Source of the DNA: a virus
Strand: one strand, 5' to 3'
Length of the DNA stretch: 64,000 nt
Virus record (IMG/VR): IMGVR_UViG_3300012662_000001
Coordinates: 42,558 to 106,557 of that record
The notes below the pieces were generated by a model that did no database searches, was not told the DNA's origin, and was given only the letters and a program-made list of their open reading frames with translations. Positions 16,405 to 25,754 of the stretch are shown piece after piece (the first letter of the stretch is position 1; each line of letters opens with the position of its first letter). A program made the position numbers and the translations under genes.

Positions 16405-17352
16405 ATGCTTTTTACGGACAAGGACATACAGCGTATTCTAAAGGAAGTGGACTTGTCCACGGCCAAGTTGGTGGCTCGTGTTCTTGGCAGAAATTACCTG
16501 ACGAAGTATGACCTCGATTTGTTGAAGAAGCGTGGTGTTGACCTATTAAAGTTGATACCGAAGTTTCCAGTGCATTATCAGTCGTTCCTGTTTGGTCGTG
16601 TTTCGGCCGCACTGGGCGATTCCATCACTAGAACGATGGGTTATTCTGATCTGTTACAGTTTCTTCCTAAAATGGGTGATTTTGTCCCGACTGCGATGGA
16701 ATTGTCCTTCTATGACGTGGCGGCTAATAAGACCTACACACATATAAAGGGCTTTGGTGATAGACTGAAGAATGACGTGCGAAACGCTATTTCCGCCGAG
16801 GAGATGTCCTATATACAGACTGAACAGGCCGCAAGGGCGAACAAGGTCATTCACGATGAGATATTGAATGGTACTGTTCAGAAGCGGACGGTGCAGAAGA
16901 TTGCTTCCAATATAGCACATCAGATGGATGACTGGAATAGGGATTGGGGGCGTATTGTGGAGACGGAGTGTCAGGATGTGTTCAATCTTGGTAGGGCACA
17001 GACGTTTATGCAGGATGACGCTGATCCCAAGGTGTTCTTTCAAGTGTATCCTGGAGCCTGTAAGCACTGCATCCGTCTATATTTGACACACGGTGTGGGT
17101 TCACAGCCGAGGATATTCAGGCTTTCAGAGTTGTTGGCCAACGGCACGAACTATGGTGTTAAGTCGAAGGAATGGAAGCCTACCGTTCACCCAGTACATC
17201 CCTTTTGCCGCTGCCAAATAACCAGACTTCCAGAGGGTTATGTATGGAGTGAGGAGAATCACAGGTTTGAACCTCCTAAGAACTATGTTCGTAAGGTACA
17301 GCGCAGGAGCAAGGTTCACATTGATATCGGTGACAAACATTATGACGTATAA
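16405..17352 (+). CDS. minor head protein, Mu gpF / SPP1 gp7 family
   Basis: WNRDWGRIVETECQDVFNLGRAQ...YPGACKHCIRLY...VHPVHPFCRCQI matches the terminal HP.CRC signature of Phage_Mu_F. Confidence 0.85.
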   Translation: MLFTDKDIQRILKEVDLSTAKLVARVLGRNYLTKYDLDLLKKRGVDLLKLIPKFPVHYQSFLFGRVSAALGDSITRTMGYSDLLQFLPKMGDFVPTAMELSFYDVAANKTYTHIKGFGDRLKNDVRNAISAEEMSYIQTEQAARANKVIHDEILNGTVQKRTVQKIASNIAHQMDDWNRDWGRIVETECQDVFNLGRAQTFMQDDADPKVFFQVYPGACKHCIRLYLTHGVGSQPRIFRLSELLANGTNYGVKSKEWKPTVHPVHPFCRCQITRLPEGYVWSEENHRFEPPKNYVRKVQRRSKVHIDIGDKHYDV

Positions 17353-18688
17353 AAATTATATGATTATGAGATTCAAGAAATGGCTTGGGATAATGACTCC
17401 GCAGGAAAAGCTGGAGGAGTATCACGATCTTAGAAAGCGGCTTGCTCAGATAGAGGATGAGGGTAAAGAACTTGCTCATCAGTTCTCTATTCAGAAGTCC
17501 ATTGTTGACAGCATTGGTGAGGGTGTGCCTGATTCCAGAAGAGCGGAGGTGCTTGCGAAGCACACCGACTTTATGAAAGGTCACACGAAGCGTGTCACTG
17601 CCTGTGTCAATGAGCGTGAAAAGATTCTGAAGGGAATTGCCGTGCTTGTTGAGGAATGTCAGGAGGTGCGTGATGAGATTGCCAAGAGCCGCAAGTTGAA
17701 CGGTCTGATGGAACTTCGCAAGGTTGGCAAACTGAACGAGAGTGAATATTTTAATCTTGTCAAGTCAGTGGACGGCAAGCCTGTTCGGTATGCTGATATG
17801 GTTGCTATGCGTGAATCAGACGGCAAGATTCTCATTCTGCATCGTGTGGATGATGAGATGTGTTCGACAGGTGAGGTGTGCATTCCTGGAGGTCACGTTG
17901 AGCCTGACGAGGACTTTAAGACAGCGGCCTTGCGTGAGTTTAAGGAAGAGACGAATCTTGATCCTATTGTGGCCAGAGGTATTCGTTATCTCGGTGAGTA
18001 TAAGAGCGTTGATGCTCACATTCAGTATTTTCAGGTCTATGTGGATCCAGGACAGCCGATTACGGTTGATGCCACAGAGGAGTGCTTCTATGAGTGGATA
18101 GACATAAGTGAGATTCCGTTCAAAAACTTTATCTTTGACCAAGGGAAGAATGTGCTGAATATGATGAACAGGGTATGGCGTATGGATTCCGTTGAGCCGC
18201 TTGACACGGTTGTTAAGGCTGTTCAGGATGGTCGTATGTCCGTTCAGTGTTTTAAGGAAATCTGTTCTGACATTGTGAAAAAGGCACTGGCCACGGAGAA
18301 CGCAGCACCTGTCATTCCGGAGAGTATGGAGGGTGACGTGAAGAAACTCACTATGCCTGTTCGTGACCCGATGTGTGGTGTTGAAACGCTTTTGAAGGGA
18401 ATCAACGGTGTTGACGAGGTGGTTGTGAACGGCACGGAGACTATTAAGTTTGTTAAGCCGTTGTTCATTCATAGTGTTTCCTATGAGGAAAATCCGGAGA
18501 CAAATAGACTTGTTCAATGTGAGGTTGCCTATGTTGGTGAGGATTCAGATATGAGCAAGCTGATTGACGTCTTGCGGAATGGTTTGAGGAATGGTTCGGT
18601 GAATTTCAGAGTTAAGGAAGAGGAATTTACTTCCGTTAATGAGAACGGCACGGACTATGTCGGTGACCCCATCTTTGCGGTTATGTAA
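17342..18688 (+). CDS. Nudix-hydrolase-domain protein with coiled-coil N-terminus and unknown C-terminal domain (start uncertain: 17342, 17360 or 17366)
   Basis: Nudix box GGHVEPDEDFKTAALREFKEETNLD (Gx5Ex7REUxEExGU). Confidence 0.75.
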   Translation: MTYKNYMIMRFKKWLGIMTPQEKLEEYHDLRKRLAQIEDEGKELAHQFSIQKSIVDSIGEGVPDSRRAEVLAKHTDFMKGHTKRVTACVNEREKILKGIAVLVEECQEVRDEIAKSRKLNGLMELRKVGKLNESEYFNLVKSVDGKPVRYADMVAMRESDGKILILHRVDDEMCSTGEVCIPGGHVEPDEDFKTAALREFKEETNLDPIVARGIRYLGEYKSVDAHIQYFQVYVDPGQPITVDATEECFYEWIDISEIPFKNFIFDQGKNVLNMMNRVWRMDSVEPLDTVVKAVQDGRMSVQCFKEICSDIVKKALATENAAPVIPESMEGDVKKLTMPVRDPMCGVETLLKGINGVDEVVVNGTETIKFVKPLFIHSVSYEENPETNRLVQCEVAYVGEDSDMSKLIDVLRNGLRNGSVNFRVKEEEFTSVNENGTDYVGDPIFAVM

Positions 18689-18697
18689 GTTTCTGAT

Positions 18698-18705
18698 TAT
18701 TTTTG
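18698..18705 (+). promoter_or_regulatory. -7 promoter box TATTTTTG
   Basis: 20 nt upstream of the ATG at 18725. Confidence 0.35.
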
Positions 18706-18724
18706 TCCATAATTATTGACGTGA

Positions 18725-19387
18725 ATGAGCGGAACGAATGACTTTAACTTCTTTCTTCCAGCTGATCTTGTAAAGGCGGAGGATTCAACTCGGTATCCTC
18801 GTGGTGACGAAAGACGCTACGAGAATATGGTGTTTGAAGGAATCGCGAGTGACAATAGCAAGGACTATGAGGGAGAGAGTATGGAGCCGAAAGGCTTTGA
18901 CTTGAGTCACTTCCTGAAGCACGGTCTGTTGAATCTTGATCACCTTACTATAAGAGCGAAGGAACTAAAGTCCAGATTCTGGATTGGTGAGCCGCTGGAG
19001 GCCAAGATTGTTGACAACAAACTCTGGGTGAAAGGTAAGCTCTGGAAGGATAGTCCTGAAGCAAGGGCGTTCTGGGATAAGTGCATTGAGATGGCTGAGA
19101 GTGGCTCGACACGCAAGCCAGGAATGTCCATCGAGGGGCGTGCTCTGGAACGTGACCCGAAGAACCCAAAGCATATACTCAAGGCTATTATCAATAATAT
19201 AGCGATGACGTTCACTCCAGTGAACTTCAATTCCTATATTGAGATTGCAAAGGGAATTCAGTCGCAGGATTTCTATCCTACTGACGGTTCAATAGCAGTT
19301 AGTGATGATGTGATGCTGGAGGTTGTGCGTGGTGGCAGGAAGTTTATTATTAAATCAGATTTTACAACGGTGGAAGAAAGCATCTAA
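18725..19387 (+). CDS. prohead maturation protease (HK97/S78-like)
   Basis: Its position is between portal/MuF and the scaffold. FEGIASDNSKDYEGESMEPKGFDLSHFLKHGLLNLDH resembles the N-terminal S78 block. Confidence 0.5.
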   Translation: MSGTNDFNFFLPADLVKAEDSTRYPRGDERRYENMVFEGIASDNSKDYEGESMEPKGFDLSHFLKHGLLNLDHLTIRAKELKSRFWIGEPLEAKIVDNKLWVKGKLWKDSPEARAFWDKCIEMAESGSTRKPGMSIEGRALERDPKNPKHILKAIINNIAMTFTPVNFNSYIEIAKGIQSQDFYPTDGSIAVSDDVMLEVVRGGRKFIIKSDFTTVEESI

Positions 19388-19432
19388 TGGCTACGATTCC
19401 AGTAGAATGTAAACAATAAATTTTTTAGTGTT

Positions 19433-20197
19433 ATGTTAGAATTGACAGAAAACCAGAAGAATGATGAACTCGTAAAGTCTCTGTTGGATAGCGGCTTTTC
19501 TGAGGAGACCATTGCAGGTTGGATCAACTCTGGCGACATTACCCTGAAGTCTGAGGAAACCAAGGGCGACGGTGGTGAGGAAGAGGAGCCAAAGAATGAT
19601 CCTGACAACGGTTCTGAGGGTGAGGGCGGTGAGCACGAGCCTGAGGAAGAGGATGACAAGGACAAGAAGGAAAAGTCCGAAGGCTGTGACGGTGACGGCA
19701 AGGAGGGTGAGAATGATGACCCCGAACCGCCTATTGCCAAGAGCCTTGACAAGGATGATCTGATGAAGAGCCTTGCTTCCGTGCTTGATGAGCGTGATGA
19801 CGTTCTGAAATCTATGGTTGCTGATTCCTTTAAGGATGTGCTTGCAAAGGTTGACGGTCTTGTTAAGTCCATTGACGGTCTTGTTACAAAGATTGATGCA
19901 ATCGGTGATCAGGCTCCAGCGTTTAAGTCAGTTGGACTGAATCGTGCTGTACTTGAGAAGTCCATTGGTGGCGGCGCAAAGGATGACAATGACAAGACTA
20001 TTCTCAGTGTCAGCCGTGATCGTATGGTTGTTAGAGCGCTGATTGAAAAGGCCATTGACGAGGAGAAGGATGAGGTTATTCAGAAGTCACTTCGTGACGA
20101 GACCCTGAACTACCTTATAGATCCTATTGGTGGTGCAATCGGTGAGACAGCCGCACGCTATATGTACAATAACAAGAACGTGCGTCTTGTGAAATAA
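19433..20197 (+). CDS. scaffolding protein (acidic)
   Basis: Long D/E-rich tract, helical C-terminal half, located directly upstream of the capsid gene. Confidence 0.55.
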   Translation: MLELTENQKNDELVKSLLDSGFSEETIAGWINSGDITLKSEETKGDGGEEEEPKNDPDNGSEGEGGEHEPEEEDDKDKKEKSEGCDGDGKEGENDDPEPPIAKSLDKDDLMKSLASVLDERDDVLKSMVADSFKDVLAKVDGLVKSIDGLVTKIDAIGDQAPAFKSVGLNRAVLEKSIGGGAKDDNDKTILSVSRDRMVVRALIEKAIDEEKDEVIQKSLRDETLNYLIDPIGGAIGETAARYMYNNKNVRLVK

Positions 20198-20234
20198 TTT
20201 CGCAGTTATAAACTACTTAATTTTATAGTTCATT

Positions 20235-21752
20235 ATGGATTTGTTTAACTACACAGGCAACGAAAATGCCAATTCGCTTGAGTCAATGTCCTCAGAGGAG
20301 ATTCTCAAGGCGATGGAAGCTGGTCTGCTGACTGGAATGCAGTATGACAATCAGCTCAACAACGGTGGCGGTCTGAAACCGGAATCTCTGGACGGAGTTC
20401 TCAAGAACCTCGAGAACAGGCTTGATCAGCTTGTTTTCTGGAATGAACTCGGAAGACAGAGAATCGAGAACACCGTACATCAGTACAATCAACTCTACAA
20501 GTACGGTCAGGAAGTCGGCATCTTCAATGTTGAAGGAGAAACCCCTACCGAGACCGATTCTATCTACAGACGTAAGTCAGTAGTTGTGAAGTTCACAGGC
20601 GTTACTGGACAGGTAACTCATCCGGGAATGATTGTGAAGACCGTTGTGGGCTCGCTCTACACCAAGGAGGTTGAGAATAAGACAATTTTGCTTCAGACCA
20701 TTCTTGACAAGAAAGTCATTGATGCTGATTCTAACAAGGTTCCGGAGGAGTTTGACGGTGTGTTCGCACAGCACGTTGCAGGTATCAATGACATCACAGG
20801 TGGTCTTCTCGGTAAGACTTCTGAGCAGGTGCTTGACGCCTACTTCGGAGACGTGGCCGTTATTAACGCAAATGGTTCAGTTCTTACTGACGCACTTGTT
20901 GAGGATGCCGCACAGGCTGTTGTCAATGACAGAAACGGTATCATCGATCGCATTGTTTCCTCTCCAGTCGTATTCAACAACTATGTTAAACTCTTTCACG
21001 AATCGAAGCGTGTCATTGTTGGAATGCAGGGTGGCGTCGTAGGTGCTACTATGGGTCAGTCCGTCAACGATATCACAACTCAGTTCGGTAAGGTTGCTAT
21101 CAAGGCCGACAAATACTTTGACTGGAACGCTCCAGTGAAACTTGGTCGCGCCAAGACATCTGACAAGGCTCCAAACGCTCCAGTGAAGGACACTTCCGCA
21201 GCCGTATCAGTGGCCGTTGATGCAAAGGGTCAGTTTGGTACAATGCACGCTGGAAACTACTTCTATGCAGTGGTGGCTGTTAATAGATATGGTGAATCAG
21301 AACTCGTACTTCTTAACGATGATGCACAGGCGGTAGGTGCAACACAGTCTGTGACATTGAAGTTCACAGGTGCTATATCGTCTGCATATCCTGAGACCTG
21401 TTATGTTATCTATCGTACCGAAGCCAATCCAGCAGACAAGAACGTTGCTGACTTTTATCCTATTTTCAAGGTATCCAAGACCGAGCTTGTAGCAGGTTGG
21501 GACGGTGCGGAGGCAGGATCAGTTCACGACCGCAACAGGTGGATCGCTGGAACGAAGTCCGCTCTCGTTTACTTCAACGGTTCTGAGATGCTCGAGTATC
21601 TTGAGTTGGGTGGCACAATGAAACTTGACTATGCTATTGTCGGTCCGAGGAGGTCATTTTCCGTGCTGAATTATGGTACTCCAGTGCTCTATCAACCAGG
21701 AAAGATCGCTCGTATCATCAATATCGGTAAGATTGGTCTTCCTACCCTTTAG
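20235..21752 (+). CDS. major capsid protein (positional call)
   Basis: 505 aa, follows the scaffold and is followed by a strong terminator. Confidence 0.6.
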   Translation: MDLFNYTGNENANSLESMSSEEILKAMEAGLLTGMQYDNQLNNGGGLKPESLDGVLKNLENRLDQLVFWNELGRQRIENTVHQYNQLYKYGQEVGIFNVEGETPTETDSIYRRKSVVVKFTGVTGQVTHPGMIVKTVVGSLYTKEVENKTILLQTILDKKVIDADSNKVPEEFDGVFAQHVAGINDITGGLLGKTSEQVLDAYFGDVAVINANGSVLTDALVEDAAQAVVNDRNGIIDRIVSSPVVFNNYVKLFHESKRVIVGMQGGVVGATMGQSVNDITTQFGKVAIKADKYFDWNAPVKLGRAKTSDKAPNAPVKDTSAAVSVAVDAKGQFGTMHAGNYFYAVVAVNRYGESELVLLNDDAQAVGATQSVTLKFTGAISSAYPETCYVIYRTEANPADKNVADFYPIFKVSKTELVAGWDGAEAGSVHDRNRWIAGTKSALVYFNGSEMLEYLELGGTMKLDYAIVGPRRSFSVLNYGTPVLYQPGKIARIINIGKIGLPTL

Positions 21753-21776
21753 TCGGGTAATGACCGTAGAATCATC

Positions 21777-21808
21777 GGGGAGGGGTGAACAACTCCCTCC
21801 CCATTTTT
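21777..21808 (+). terminator. strong intrinsic terminator
   Basis: GGGGAGGG...CCCTCCCC stem followed by ATTTTT. Confidence 0.75.
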
Positions 21809-21815
21809 AATTAAA

Positions 21816-22448
21816 ATGGATTTAGTTATGAAACTTTTTGATAAGAAAATAGGCAATCAGATAGTAAACTTCAATGGAAGAAAGGTTACGTTTGTTAATT
21901 CAGTGGCTGAGGTGGATGACACCTTTGGTGCTGAGATACTGAAGATGGGTTTTGCCGACCTCTATGAACTTGGCAAGCAGCCTGTCTATGAGACACCGAA
22001 GGAGATTCAGATGAAGACTGACTTCTCTGAGAAGGAGGAGTGGTATAAGGGTGAGTGTGCTCGACTTCGCAATATAGCGGATTCTCGCAAGAAACAGGTT
22101 GAGGATCTGGAAGCGGAGGTGAAACTCTGGAAGGAGGAATACGAGAAGGAGAAAATGGCACGCTTGGTTCTTGTTGAGAATTTTTCAAGGGATGCCGAGC
22201 CAACACCTGAGATACCTGAGGAACACGAGCCAGAGCAGCCTAAAAACGACGAGCAGGGTGGTGACAAGGAAGCCGCAGGTGAAGCCGCTCCAGAGGAGAC
22301 TTCTGATGAGGCCTTGCGTGAGGAACTTGCTTCTTTGAAGAAGGATGAGCTTCTTGCCTTTGCGAAGGACAACGGTCTGGAAGTAGACGGTCTTGAGAAA
22401 AGAACAAAGGCCGACATCATAGAGTTTATTGTGGAATCTACAAAATAG
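21816..22448 (+). CDS. hypothetical head-associated protein with C-terminal HeH/Rho-N-like motif
   Basis: LASLKKDELLAFAKDNGLEVDGLEKRTKADIIEFI. Confidence 0.45.
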   Translation: MDLVMKLFDKKIGNQIVNFNGRKVTFVNSVAEVDDTFGAEILKMGFADLYELGKQPVYETPKEIQMKTDFSEKEEWYKGECARLRNIADSRKKQVEDLEAEVKLWKEEYEKEKMARLVLVENFSRDAEPTPEIPEEHEPEQPKNDEQGGDKEAAGEAAPEETSDEALREELASLKKDELLAFAKDNGLEVDGLEKRTKADIIEFIVESTK

Positions 22449-22454
22449 TTGGAG

Positions 22455-23255
22455 ATGGGACAGCTTGTCTTGACTTTGAAAACCAGAAAGAATGACGGTA
22501 TGATGTTCAATCCGTCAGAGATATTTGCACTGTATCTGTACGGCATAACTATTCAGGGCGGTGACGGCACGTCATTCAGCAATGAGAGTATGCGCTTCTA
22601 CATACAGTCAGCGCAGCAGGAGGTGGAGAGTTTCTTCAATCTCAAACTTCTGAAGCAGTTTATCAGTCAGGAGAAGCTCACGTTCTATCGTGCTGATTAT
22701 TGGCAGCAGTTTCCTATCTTGTTCACGAATTACCCTGTCAACAAGCCTATATCGTTGACAGGGCGATTCAATAACATAGAGCAGATTTCCTATCCTACGG
22801 AGTGGCTTACCACACATCAGAATAGTTACGGTCTTTATAAGAGGAGGGTGTCTCTTGTTCCTACTGGAAGTGCCACTTGTCAGGCCAATGCGGAAGTGAT
22901 TCTTTCAGGTATCACTACACAGCTTGGAAGTCAGCGATTCAAAATGATTCCAGATTATTTTGACTTGCAGTATGTGACAGGCTTTGACTTGGATAAAATG
23001 CCTTTAGACTTAATTAATTTAGTAGGGAAGTTGGCTTGTTTTGGTCCTCTTAATATAGCTGGAGATTTAATTCTTGGTGCTGGAATTGCAAGTCAGAGTT
23101 TAGGTGTGGACGGATTAAGTCAGGGTATATCGTCAACTTCCTCGGCCACAAATAGTGGGTACGGAGCTCGTATTACGGCATACCAGAAAGAAATTAAGGA
23201 CACTATTGCTCGTATAAAATTGATATATGACGAAATAAAAATAGGAGTTGTGTGA
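22455..23255 (+). CDS. hypothetical structural protein (head completion/connector candidate)
   Basis: ORF position in the late operon. Confidence 0.45.
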   Translation: MGQLVLTLKTRKNDGMMFNPSEIFALYLYGITIQGGDGTSFSNESMRFYIQSAQQEVESFFNLKLLKQFISQEKLTFYRADYWQQFPILFTNYPVNKPISLTGRFNNIEQISYPTEWLTTHQNSYGLYKRRVSLVPTGSATCQANAEVILSGITTQLGSQRFKMIPDYFDLQYVTGFDLDKMPLDLINLVGKLACFGPLNIAGDLILGAGIASQSLGVDGLSQGISSTSSATNSGYGARITAYQKEIKDTIARIKLIYDEIKIGVV

Positions 23256-24049
23256 TGTTGGTTGGTTACATATATTGCGTAACCTGTCTGGTTAATGGAA
23301 AATGGTATTTTGGTCAGACACAGAGACGATTTATTCAAAGCAGGGTGAATGGACATATTTATTCTGCCAATATGGGTTCTGATCATAAGTTTCATCGAGC
23401 CATACGCAAGTATGGCGAGGAGAACTTCTCCATTGAGGAGGTTATGCACGTGGAAGCCCCTACGAAGGAGGAACTGAAAGCGAAGCTTGATTTTCTTGAG
23501 AAGTATTTTATTCAGAAGTTTGACACCAGACGAAACGGTTATAATTCCACTGATGGTGGTGAGGGGTGTCTTGGTCGGTCAATGTCAATAGAAACTCGTA
23601 AACGGTTGCGTGAAGTTAATCTTGGTGAACACAATCCTATGTTTGGTAAAAGGCAATCTGTTGAAGCGAGAATAAAATTATCTAAAGCCTTAAAGGGTAA
23701 GACTGGTTTTTTCAAAGGTAAGCATTTGACTGAAGAACATAAGAAGAGGATTGGGTTGGCTCATTTAGGCAAGACACATTCAGATAAGACTAAACTAAGA
23801 ATTTCTTTGGTAAAAAGAGAACAGAATATTAGGTTATCTGATGATGAAAAACGTAAACGTTCTATGGCGTTGGGTGGGCGACCTATTCTACAATTTGATT
23901 CAAATGGTATGCTTGTGAAAGAGTGGGCTAGTTTACGTTCAGTATTTAATGAATTACCAATAGATAGAACACGGTTAAGGAAACACATTGCTTCTGGAAC
24001 TTTATATCACGATTCCTATTGGCGATATAAGGAGGTTTTTGTATGCTAA
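23252..24049 (+). CDS. free-standing GIY-YIG homing endonuclease with NUMOD3-type repeats
   Basis: GYIYCVTCLVNGKWYFGQT...RVNGH...E..F..NGYNST is the GIY-YIG core. SxExRxKxSxAxKGK-like repeats (SIETRKRLREVNLG, SVEARIKLSKALKG, TEEHKKRIGLAHLG, SDKTKLRISL) follow. Confidence 0.85.
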   Translation: MMLVGYIYCVTCLVNGKWYFGQTQRRFIQSRVNGHIYSANMGSDHKFHRAIRKYGEENFSIEEVMHVEAPTKEELKAKLDFLEKYFIQKFDTRRNGYNSTDGGEGCLGRSMSIETRKRLREVNLGEHNPMFGKRQSVEARIKLSKALKGKTGFFKGKHLTEEHKKRIGLAHLGKTHSDKTKLRISLVKREQNIRLSDDEKRKRSMALGGRPILQFDSNGMLVKEWASLRSVFNELPIDRTRLRKHIASGTLYHDSYWRYKEVFVC

Positions 24050-24891
24050 CACTGACCGAAATATACTTGATGAAGTCTTATAAGTACATTCGTCGTGAGT
24101 GGCGTAATGGACGGTGGAGATATTGGTATGATACCGTGTCTCCGAAGGAGCAGTGGCGTAAGGGTGGATTTGGAAAGATTCATCAGGGGTATTGGCATAA
24201 TATTCACGGTGCGTTTGATAAGTTGATGAAGGATCAGAAAGGTCAGGTTGAGGATGTCTTTAGTATTAAATTGCCGTTTGTATATCTTGATGAAAACACT
24301 GGGAACTGGACTATTGCGAAGGATAAGAGCGGCAAGGTAATAAATCAGAAAGTTGGGGTTGATTTAGTGTGGGGAAATAGACAAGCTGAAGTTGGATTGG
24401 ATCATATTTTGGATAAACATTTTCAGCGATATGATCATTATCATAGCATAGATGACATCGTTGATGCTTTGGATGATTCTGTAAAGGAAATAAATTCATC
24501 ATCTAATGTGAATGTGGAGACCTGTTTTGTTGATGAGAATGGTGTTAATTTAAGGAATCCAAATTTTGTGGTGACAACACCTAATGGCAATAGAATGGTG
24601 ATTGCTGTTAAGAAGTATGATGATGGTAATGGTCACATTGCTGTGAAGCATTTTATATTGACATCATTTGTGGTTGATGAAAATTGGAGGAGTAGGCGTA
24701 ATGATATGTCTGAAAGAAATAATAGGATATTACAACAAAAGCAACGGAAACAAATCCGTTGCCCTGTCGATTTAGAAAGTCTTGCTGACCCCGATGGCCA
24801 CCTGATTAAGGGTGTTAAACCATCTAAACCCCTTTCAGCAAGTTTAATGAAAGAAGAATGGGTTACTTTCAACTTTCTTCTGCAAATATAA
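24043..24891 (+). CDS. hypothetical protein; the N-terminal YKYIRREWRNGRWRYWY motif and GLDHILDKH are reminiscent of nuclease modules of phage polyvalent proteins (weak)
   Basis: ORF overlaps the GIY-YIG stop; the motif resemblance is from recall only. Confidence 0.4.
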   Translation: MLTLTEIYLMKSYKYIRREWRNGRWRYWYDTVSPKEQWRKGGFGKIHQGYWHNIHGAFDKLMKDQKGQVEDVFSIKLPFVYLDENTGNWTIAKDKSGKVINQKVGVDLVWGNRQAEVGLDHILDKHFQRYDHYHSIDDIVDALDDSVKEINSSSNVNVETCFVDENGVNLRNPNFVVTTPNGNRMVIAVKKYDDGNGHIAVKHFILTSFVVDENWRSRRNDMSERNNRILQQKQRKQIRCPVDLESLADPDGHLIKGVKPSKPLSASLMKEEWVTFNFLLQI

Positions 24892-24959
24892 CGTGATTTC
24901 TTGGAATCACAATGAACAAAATAGAAAATTCGTGAGAAATATCATAAAATATCCAGAAT

Positions 24960-25754
24960 ATGCTAAAGGATAGAAACATAATTGACTCTCCGGAGGCTTC
25001 TCTATACGGACAGCCTCAAGTTCAGTTCAGACCCAATGACTTTGATGCGGCCATTTGGTCACACGGTTATGACGTGGTCTGTGAACAGGCTGTCAGATGT
25101 CCTTGTTGTGGAAGTTCTGATGCGGCACTTCCGGACTGTGAAAACTGTCACGGATTTGGGTATTTTTTCATCAATCCAGTGCGTACCAAGGCTCTTATAA
25201 CAGGGTTGAATCGTTCCACGAACTATGTTCAGTGGAATCCGGAGTTGATGGGAACAGCGGCCATCACGGTTCGTGATGAGGACAGACGGCTTGTGTCCTT
25301 TTTGAATAGAGTGACCATTGAGGATGAAATTGCGACCTTTACGGAATCACGGCTTGTTACTGAGACCGTTGATGGGAACGTGATGTGTTTCCTTTCCTAT
25401 GCGCCTGTAACGATTGAAAGGGTGTATAAATTTTATGGCTCTGATCAGAAGCTGTATCGGCTTGATGACACGTGCTATGAGATTATGGAGAACAATCCCT
25501 ATTGTCTTAGATTTACAAAGGGAAATGTTGAGCCTGAGACGGCCATTTCCATAGTCTATACACATAGGGTTGAATATCATATAATAGATATGCCGCACGA
25601 GATAAGGGCTTCACTCGGCAGGGATAAGGTGTCTGGGCAGTTTCAGATATTGAAGATGCCTGTTCAGAGCATCGGCAGGAGAACCCATCTACTTGTCGGG
25701 AAGCCTAACTATGGTGGTGGCGGTTTGTTGAACAATGACGATATAGAGAGATGA
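24960..25754 (+). CDS. hypothetical structural protein with CxxC...CxxCxGxG zinc-ribbon
   Basis: CPCCGSSDAALPDCENCHGFGYF. Confidence 0.45.
   Translation: MLKDRNIIDSPEASLYGQPQVQFRPNDFDAAIWSHGYDVVCEQAVRCPCCGSSDAALPDCENCHGFGYFFINPVRTKALITGLNRSTNYVQWNPELMGTAAITVRDEDRRLVSFLNRVTIEDEIATFTESRLVTETVDGNVMCFLSYAPVTIERVYKFYGSDQKLYRLDDTCYEIMENNPYCLRFTKGNVEPETAISIVYTHRVEYHIIDMPHEIRASLGRDKVSGQFQILKMPVQSIGRRTHLLVGKPNYGGGGLLNNDDIER

Noticed and set aside
17816-18517. 233-aa minus-strand ORF
   Set aside because: It is antisense to the Nudix-domain CDS, has no motifs, and is inconsistent with the operon direction.
19384-19872. 162-aa serine-rich minus-strand ORF
   Set aside because: It is the mirror image of the acidic GAA/GAG-rich scaffold gene, and its low-complexity S-rich translation is an artefact.
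22007-22546. 179-aa minus-strand ORF
   Set aside because: It is antisense to 21816..22448, again S-rich low complexity generated by an E/K-rich sense gene.
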